DNA of 61,628 nt, the filler included, from Globobulimina sp. (taxonomy: Eukaryota), in the NCBI GenBank assembly GCA_003354225.1. It is 10 parts of 10 records of this genome, joined end to end, with 100 filler letters (N's around TTAATTAATTAA, not from the genome) between each part and the next. Parts side by side here need not be neighbours in the genome. Positions count along the whole stretch, not along the records: positions 49,429 to 55,479 come from PIVH01000369.1; positions 55,580 to 61,628 come from PIVH01000370.1; 8 more parts are not named here. One strand, written 5' to 3'. Position numbers and translations under genes: made by a program. The notes under the pieces were generated by a model. The model made no database searches. It saw only the letters and a program-made list of their open reading frames with translations, and was not told the origin of the DNA. This document shows positions 54,200 through 61,628 of the stretch, piece by piece (position 1 is the first letter of the stretch; each line of letters begins with the position of its first letter).

Positions 54200-55294
54200 A
54201 TGGAAAGATTTAAAAATCGAATTCATTGTGTATTGTCAAACTGGGTAAAGACAACAAGAATCTTTCATTCTCGTTCATATATATTTGATAATAATTTTGG
54301 TAAAATGTCATCTGTGATTAAGACCAAATTGGTGGAAACATTGAAGCAATTTGATATTGATAACGAAGGCTCTTTGTACAATTCAGAGGTTGTTGCTGGA
54401 TTAGCAATGATATGCGATTACCAACAACTGATGGATGACATTGAGACACTCTTCGAAACTGTAGACATTAACGAAGACAAAGCCACAATCATTGACATTG
54501 TGGATGGAATTATATTCGACAAAACTAGCCAAGACATAAAACGTTTGAGGGAGCAAATCATTCAACACTTAAACTTAGATTTTATTCATTATGACGTAAA
54601 TAACGAAGATTGTATAAATTGCAATTTCCTGTTAAGTGATGACTGTATCAAAATGATCATGTTATACCTGTTTGGCAATAATGATTACAATGCGTTTCTG
54701 GATAAATACTTCAAATTATCATCAACAACGCAGCAAAGCAAAGGTGTTGTATATAAATCAAAGTCTGGTCGGAGTACTTTGAAACTGTATTTGAAAGACA
54801 ATAGATGTCGCTACAAAAAAGAAACGGAATCAAATATATATGGTTCTGGCATATGGATGATTTTGGATGCAGAGAGATTGTCGATTTCAATCAAAAACAA
54901 GCAGGCGTTTGTTAGCGATTACTTTTTTAAGCTAATGGACACACCATTTATTCAAATAACATTCTTTGATAACGGCATGTTTTTCAATTCAACGAGTGGT
55001 GTAGATATCGCTGATGACTTCGGCGGAAAAGCATATGATACAGTAGGCTCATCTAGAGCCTTGTCTGATATAGAAGGAATAACAGCATCCCTAACAGCTG
55101 CAATAAACAATACTGTTGAGTCTATAAAAAGAACGACAGATGAAGACACTCTAGATACAGAAAAGCTTGATAAAGCTAAGCTTGTAAGTGTTGATGTTAT
55201 TAAGGGTGTAATTACTGCTGTGATAGATGTGTATCCAATAGAACTAGAAAGCTTGACCCTTCCAAGGTTTAACGTACCAATTATAAGTAGGTAA
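54200..55294 (+). CDS. Probably chimeric ORF: eukaryotic EF-hand-like N-terminus fused to a phage baseplate-wedge-like C-terminus
   Basis: FDIDNEG and VDINED loops; after ~54980 the codon style shifts and the protein reads GVD...FGG...EKLDKAKLVSV. Confidence 0.45.
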   Translation: MERFKNRIHCVLSNWVKTTRIFHSRSYIFDNNFGKMSSVIKTKLVETLKQFDIDNEGSLYNSEVVAGLAMICDYQQLMDDIETLFETVDINEDKATIIDIVDGIIFDKTSQDIKRLREQIIQHLNLDFIHYDVNNEDCINCNFLLSDDCIKMIMLYLFGNNDYNAFLDKYFKLSSTTQQSKGVVYKSKSGRSTLKLYLKDNRCRYKKETESNIYGSGIWMILDAERLSISIKNKQAFVSDYFFKLMDTPFIQITFFDNGMFFNSTSGVDIADDFGGKAYDTVGSSRALSDIEGITASLTAAINNTVESIKRTTDEDTLDTEKLDKAKLVSVDVIKGVITAVIDVYPIELESLTLPRFNVPIISR

Positions 55295-55299
55295 TCGAG

Positions 55300-55479
55300 A
55301 TGATTGATTTTATCCAATTCATAAGAAACAGAATGAAAGATGTATCAAATTCTGGCGGTAAAAAAGGCTCAACTGTTGATGAGCTTGCAACTAAGCCTGT
55401 AGGTGTTGTATTAGTTGACTTCTACAACATGATTGTTGCAGAGAAGAAAGTTAATGATGCAACTCGCTGGGAAGATATG
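55300..55479 (+). CDS. Possible phage baseplate J-like protein N-terminus, truncated
   Basis: 5-nt spacing from the upstream stop; FIRNRM...GSTVDELATKP pattern. Confidence 0.4.
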
Positions 55480-55582
55480 NNNNNNNNNNNNNNNNNNNNN
55501 NNNNNNNNNNNNNNNNNNNNNNNTTAATTAATTAANNNNNNNNNNNNNNNNNNNNNNNNNNNNNNNNNNNNNNNNNNNNTAT

Positions 55583-56018
55583 TAGATATCCGGCGTTTAT
55601 CTGACTCTGAACTAGTCAGATTTCACATGAGTTCAGCTGAGCTCACATTATTTCGAGTGCGGTGATTGAGCCTTAAGGAGTTTTGAGCGTAAATCTTTTT
55701 TCCCTGATCGTGCAACCATCGAGTCAGTCGGTATAAGCATTTATGCATTAACGCAGGATTATAATTATCATGGTTGCATGCACTGTTATTGCAACTTATT
55801 GCTATGGATAAAATCCTATGAATATGATGAAAGAAAAGGTGAAAGAAATGCTTATACCGACTGACTCGATGGTTGCACTCGATAGGGAAAAAAAGTGACT
55901 CGATCAGGAAAAAAAGATTTACGCTCAAAACTCCTTAAGGCTCAATCACCGCACTCGAAATAATGTGAGCTCAGCTGAAGTCATGTGAAATCTGACTCAG
56001 ATAAACGCCGGATATCTA
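55583..56018. mobile_element. MITE/foldback element with ~160-bp terminal inverted repeats
   Basis: 55583-55742 is the near-perfect reverse complement of 55846-56018 (two indels); both ends TA; no coding capacity. Confidence 0.8.
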
Positions 56019-56214
56019 TTTAATTGAACCTCACTCACTTTTGTCGGTTGTTGTTTGGCCTGTTCACGTGTTGTTTGTTTAATTCGTCTTTTATTCGTTT
56101 TTTCGTCTTTTTTTTATATTCACATTTATAGCTAATATACAAGTAGCTCTAATTATGATATTTTTTGTACAAGGAACAAAATGCTAAAAACGTTAGAAAC
56201 AAGCAAACATAATG

Positions 56215-57836
56215 TCATTTTCGTAATGATTGGAAATGTGCAAACAGTGATTTTTTATCTTCATAATCAATGCATCCAAGCCTATGAATGTCATTTTTAT
56301 CCAAATCAATTAAATGATACCCTTTGATATTTTCTTTTTTCATATTTTCTTTTAGAATTTGCTCATATTTTTCAAATTTCCCGGCATCTAAATATGCGAT
56401 CCAATAAACAATATCCTGATATGCCCAATTTCTATAATTTGATGTATCATTCAGTGTTTTTCTTTTTTCGTTCTCTAACAAAACTTCATATTTTCCATGC
56501 AATTCCTTATAATCTTCGTTTATTTTTAACAATTCTTCATCTGTTTTAATAAAATTTTTATTCAATTCATCATACGCAATTTGCAATGTTCTCAATCGCT
56601 CACTTAATTTCTCGTTCTCGTTTAACAGAAAAATGTTTCCACTTTTCTCCTCATTTAATTTCTCTTCGTTTTCGACTTTCTGACAAGAATATTGCTGAAT
56701 TTGTTGTGATAATATACGCGTTTTCTTTTTTTCCTGAATCAAACACGCTTTCAATGAAGTAATAATAGTCAGATCAATTTGAGATTGCGTCTTGTTTTCA
56801 CATTTCGTTCTCGAATTTCTCTCTGAATATTTAGGCATAATATCGGATAATTTCATTTTCCAATGGCTCCCTTTATTCATTTCAAACAAATGAATATCAT
56901 TTTTGCTGTTTGCTACAGCATAATACATTGCTTTTTTAGGACATTTAATGTCTGATTTGGTCCATGTCCAATCATTTAAATCCAAAATCCATATTTCGTT
57001 AATCAGGCCGGAGATCGTTTTCCCGCCAAAAGTTATAGCCTTATTGCCATATCTTTCATTGTTAGTTACTATATAACCAAAGTAGAACCTATATGTGATA
57101 TAATATTTGAATAAGTTAACTTTATCAACATACAAAATAACATTTTATGCGGCATTGTAACATCTTTTACTTTGTGCCACTGCATATGTTTCACATTACA
57201 GATCCAAATATCTTTTAAATAGCCACCAAACATAATACTGTCATTGCCGCCTAACATTACCAATTGATTTTGCGATTCAATTTTAATTAAAGCATGGCCA
57301 TATAATGAGGTCTTTGAAGGTCTGTTGGAAATTGGATATTGCTTAAACATATGAACTGTATCATCGCTCGGATGCCATACTGAATGATAACAGTTCGTAT
57401 ATCCACCAATTGCATGCACTGAGCCATCTATATTTGACAGCAAGGCACAACCTCCAGATTCATTGCCTAATCCTTCTGGTAATCCATGCACAGTGCCTCT
57501 ATATGCTGTATGCGCTTTGGTTTTGATATCAATCTCATAAAAACAGTCACATCCAGAGATTGATGTGTTATACAGATATATTTTCGACGCACGCTCATCG
57601 ACTAATATACTATGCCGCAATGGTTCCACACCGAGGGGATATTTCCAGATTAAATACCATTTATTTTTAGACACATGATATGAATATAAACCTTCATCAT
57701 TACTTGAACTCGCAATAATGACATAATCATCTTGTAAAAATGCAGGAGCAGCAAACTTACTCATCTCCATTTGAGGATATTGCAACCATCGTAGTCCTGA
57801 TTGTTTTGGACTTTTTGGACTTTTTGGTTGTGCCAT
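56215..57836 (-). CDS. Kelch-repeat, coiled-coil and SAM domain protein (two exons)
   Basis: Kelch blades (HAIGGY, MLGGN, TFGGK..IWILDL..W); C-terminal SAM NWAYQDIVYWI...ENIKGYHL..LDKNDIHRLG. Confidence 0.82.
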
Positions 57837-57922
57837 GTTCCGAATTGACTAAAGTCAACTAACTTTATTATTAAAAAAGTTTTTTTAAGCTAGTACTAAA
57901 AAAAGTCAAACTCAATACTCAA

Positions 57923-59206
57923 ATGGCTCTACACCCATCACAAGCCAAATTGCGGATTAAGTATTTAATTACGATTATTCATTATATTGCAGTGTTCACT
58001 GTATTGAATGCAACTTTTATACTCATGAACATGGCAATTAACCGCAACAATTATGAATTGTACATTCAAAACAATGCTTTAACATTACTTAACAATACGA
58101 GTTATATTACTGTGCCAGTCCCATTATTGAGAAATAATCCCAATTCAATGATATTCATTAAAACACATAAAACCGCGTCATCCACCATCACTAATTTATT
58201 ACATACATTGACTGTGAGGCATAACAAATCATGCATTATTACCAACATTCCCCGATGGGATTTTGCAATCAAACAAATCGCACAAAACAACAAAAGTAAA
58301 AGAACCGGAACACGGAAACAAATTTTTCAACAACATACATGGAATGGGGACGCAATAAATATATGGTTACAACATGTCATATTTGACCCATTTTTATATG
58401 ATTTAGTTCCAGATTCAAAAAATCAAATTTTTTCAATTGTGAGAGATCCAAACCAAAGATTGCTATCAGCTTTGTTTTTTACTCATAAATTGAAAGCGTT
58501 TCAGTATAATGTCTCAAAATTCGTCGATAGCGCTATCGCAGAATATGACAATAACACTGAACACGAAAAAAATAATATATTTGAGATGACACAGTTTAAC
58601 TCAATGTGCAGGGAAATAATACCAGAATATGTAGACACAAATGAGGATAAATATGGTAATTGGCAGCGAATTCGATCTGGAGATTTTTTGTTGTTAATAA
58701 CCGAGCGTTTGAATGAATCATTGCTAGTTTTCAAATATGCGTACAACTTAACATGGGATGATTTGTTCCTTAATTCTATGAAAGTTGCACAACAAACATA
58801 TTCATTAACATCCAGAGATGAAATGTTGTTGAAAAAATTAAATTATTGTGATTGGAAATTGTACGAACTTGCAAATGAAATTTTAGATTACCGACTGTAT
58901 CAATTGTACCAAGGAAATAACACAAAATTAAAACATGATATAGCTCTTATGTCTAAAGCACAATATTTGCAGCAATCACAATGTGATGAATACTTAAGAA
59001 ATATAACAGCATCAACCCACAATTTAACAGACACTCAAAAGTTGATTTGTCAGTCGCATGTATTAGATAACTCGCAATGGAATAAATGGGCTGCAAAAGT
59101 GCGCAAACACACAGCTTCATACTTGGACAGTGACAAAAACAATTTTGATCTCATGAAACACCGAATGGAAATGAAAAGAAAAAAAGAAAAAATCAACAAT
59201 TTATAA
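57923..59206 (+). CDS. Galactose-3-O-sulfotransferase-like Golgi sulfotransferase
   Basis: Type II TM anchor; 5'-PSB FIKTHKTASST; 3'-PB IVRDP..R..S; ERLNESL; LNYCDWKLY. Confidence 0.87.
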   Translation: MALHPSQAKLRIKYLITIIHYIAVFTVLNATFILMNMAINRNNYELYIQNNALTLLNNTSYITVPVPLLRNNPNSMIFIKTHKTASSTITNLLHTLTVRHNKSCIITNIPRWDFAIKQIAQNNKSKRTGTRKQIFQQHTWNGDAINIWLQHVIFDPFLYDLVPDSKNQIFSIVRDPNQRLLSALFFTHKLKAFQYNVSKFVDSAIAEYDNNTEHEKNNIFEMTQFNSMCREIIPEYVDTNEDKYGNWQRIRSGDFLLLITERLNESLLVFKYAYNLTWDDLFLNSMKVAQQTYSLTSRDEMLLKKLNYCDWKLYELANEILDYRLYQLYQGNNTKLKHDIALMSKAQYLQQSQCDEYLRNITASTHNLTDTQKLICQSHVLDNSQWNKWAAKVRKHTASYLDSDKNNFDLMKHRMEMKRKKEKINNL

Positions 59207-59779
59207 GCTTTCATAACTTTATTTTATTTTTTATTTTTAATTCTTTCTTTCTTTCTTTGTCTTGTTCTGGTTCGGATTATCTTTTCAATTAATTCAGTTC
59301 TTTCATACGTTATAATATATAAAAATTCAATATCGTCAATAAGAGCATCCGGTTTTCAGCGTCAGATTTTTATTGTTTCTGAGATACGAAGGCAAACCTA
59401 TATGTTTTTTTGTTTTTTTTTTGTGTGCCCCCTTGAGTTTTACAGTTTTTTCGTGTTCTTAGACTTTAATAGCACTTACAAATAGTGTTTTTCGTTTCTA
59501 TTTTGTTGCGTTACTTTGGAGGCTTAGGTTCGTTAAAAATAATAGTATATTATTCATATTATATATGTGTCTGGTAAAGTGGTTATTCGCACTATATTTG
59601 GTGAATACAACCATACAATTAATTCATTATTAAATGTTATATTTGTGACGGCATTACATGCGCTAATAATGATGCAAATAAAATCAAAATTCACTTGAAA
59701 CATGATTACGTGCAAATATACTCAAAAATAAGTCTCAAAATCCACATAATTTTGACCGAAAAACTTTATAGCATCGATC

Positions 59780-61352
59780 ATGGTTCGACAAATCAGAATA
59801 TCAGTGCCTCCCGAAAAAGCAAGTGGCGTTTGTGACATATTGACAAATCAAAAGATCGTGCATCATTTAGAAGCATATCATGGAGAAACGTCAACTTTGA
59901 TCATATGCAAAGTTGTAAATAAAAAAACTGATGAAATATTGCAATTATTAAATCGATATAGTATAGGTATTCGCTATGGGCACATTGATGTTATAGCATT
60001 AACCTCGACAAAACCACGCCTTCCAACATTTCGAGGCACCGCACCAAAAGGAAAAAAATATGAGGTAACAGATAGAATGTCGTACGATGAAATGGTTGAT
60101 TTTATTGATTCACAAATCCATTTAACATTTGATTATTTAGCATTAATTGCTGTTGGCGCATTGATTTGCTCTGAGGGATTGTTAGTAAATTCCCCAGTCA
60201 ATGTTGTTGCTTCTATGGTTTGTACATTATATTGTATACAACCAACAAATGTGTGCTTCTGTATAAAACATGACATATCACAGTTGGTGTCACCTTTACT
60301 GGGACCTATTGGTATGTAATGTAACTATGTGCTTATCATTTATGTCCAATGTATTTTAATTTCAGTTGGCATGACATTTGGTACCATTGTGCGCGATAAA
60401 AAAATGTTTTGGGTTTCATTTAGAAACGAATGTTTAGGATTATTTACGTGTTGGTGCTGTGGAGTTGCTGTTGGTTTCTTAGTGGGCACATTCTTTAATG
60501 CAGAATCTCAAGATGGTCCATACGGACATAACACTGAGATGTCTTCGCGAGGATCTTTTACTGGCTTAGCCTGGGGTGCTGCCACTGCAATCCCCTCCGG
60601 TTTAGGCGTGGCATTAGGCGTATCGTCGTATATTATATCTGCATTAATAGGTGTTGCAATATAACCTGCATTATTGCCACCGTTATGTACTTACGTTGCA
60701 TATAAATCTGACGTACATATATGTTGTATTAATTGTGCTATATAGGATTGTGAATTCCGGCGTGTGTTTAGGTGCATCCTTTATTATGTATTTGATGCCA
60801 TCTCAGGCAGATAAAATTGTGGTACACCATTGGATTAAAACTGGAGTCATATCATTGGGATTATTCCTATGCAATTGGGTGTTGGTGTACTTTTCAGCAT
60901 TGATTATGTTTAGGATAAAGAATTTACATTATCACGCCAACGCAGTTACGAAAGGGGCAAAGTTGGCTCACTTTTCCAAATTACTCGATGACCAATCCGT
61001 TACTGCGAGCACTGTGGATATTGGCGGCAGCACAGATAAGGGACACGGACACATACTATCTACGAACATACAAAGTAGCTCAACCGTATTAAAGACGCCT
61101 TTATTGACAGATTCATTTGAATTACCAAATGTTTTTGAGGAAAACATGAATTCGCCAAATGCGAGAAAGACTTCTTACAGAAAAAAAAAGAAACGTTCAT
61201 CGGCAAATATAATCGGCTGTGCAATCAATCAATCGCTGAGTGCAGAGACTGCAGACAGATTGAAACAAAGTGTAGGTGCTAATAATGCTAATACTATATA
61301 CCCAAAAGTCGATGGTGGTAAATCGTTGAAACTTAGGAAAGGTAGTAAATAA
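59780..61352 (+). CDS. DUF389 multi-pass membrane protein, multi-exon, with one in-frame stop at 60662
   Basis: FDYL...GL..NS...VVASM-LVSPLLGPI, EMSSRG, AIPSGLGVAL, ALIGVAI*PALLPP. Confidence 0.8.
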
Positions 61353-61628
61353 ATCTTATTGTTCTGTGTTTGTCAATTGATGGCTTGATACAATTGTATA
61401 TTTGACAAATTTAATTATTATATATCGACCTTAATATTAGAATTTTGTTTTTGTTGCTTTTAAAAGTGTTGCTAATGTTTTCATTTTGTAAATGCTATTG
61501 ATATTATAAAGCATACACCAATATCAACTAGAACTGTCTAGAAGTGAGTGTAAAAGTGCCATTACCTGACAAGTTAAACCTTCGAAGTTCGAACTTAATT
61601 TATTTTAATAAAATCCGTCCTTCTTTCG

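Noticed and set aside
1-61628. Functional linkage between neighbouring contigs (e.g. phage contig next to the retroelement)
   Set aside because: Contigs are joined by artificial linkers in length order, so adjacency carries no biological meaning.

Overview
The window is not one locus. It is ten unrelated ~6.05-6.10 kb contigs, sorted by decreasing length and joined by 100-nt N-linkers that carry TTAATTAATTAA. Most contigs come from an AT-rich, gene-dense eukaryote with short GT-AG introns; the gene repertoire suggests a foraminiferan/rhizarian protist (inference). They encode an HSPA12-like Hsp70, an RBR E3 ligase, a GH1 glucosidase, a PA14/filamin protein, MDH, a lipase, kelch proteins, a TRP channel, an ART-like protein, an SMG6/7-like protein, an Mx-like dynamin, a sulfotransferase and a DUF389 protein. 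Contig 2 (6200-12297) is a bacterial phage/plasmid-like fragment with ParA plus an RHH protein, a DNA methyltransferase, a PD-(D/E)XK nuclease and phage DUF genes. The standout is contig 3 (12398-18493), an apparently complete tyrosine-recombinase (DIRS/Ngaro-type) retrotransposon that assembles as a 5977-bp circle. It has an extra leading coiled-coil ORF whose single phase-0 splice donor can join in frame to acceptors before gag, pol and possibly the recombinase, and it has three strongly base-paired non-coding regions. Two contigs look like eukaryote-prokaryote chimeras (bacterial dnaA; phage baseplate-like genes), and a MITE-like foldback element starts the last contig.
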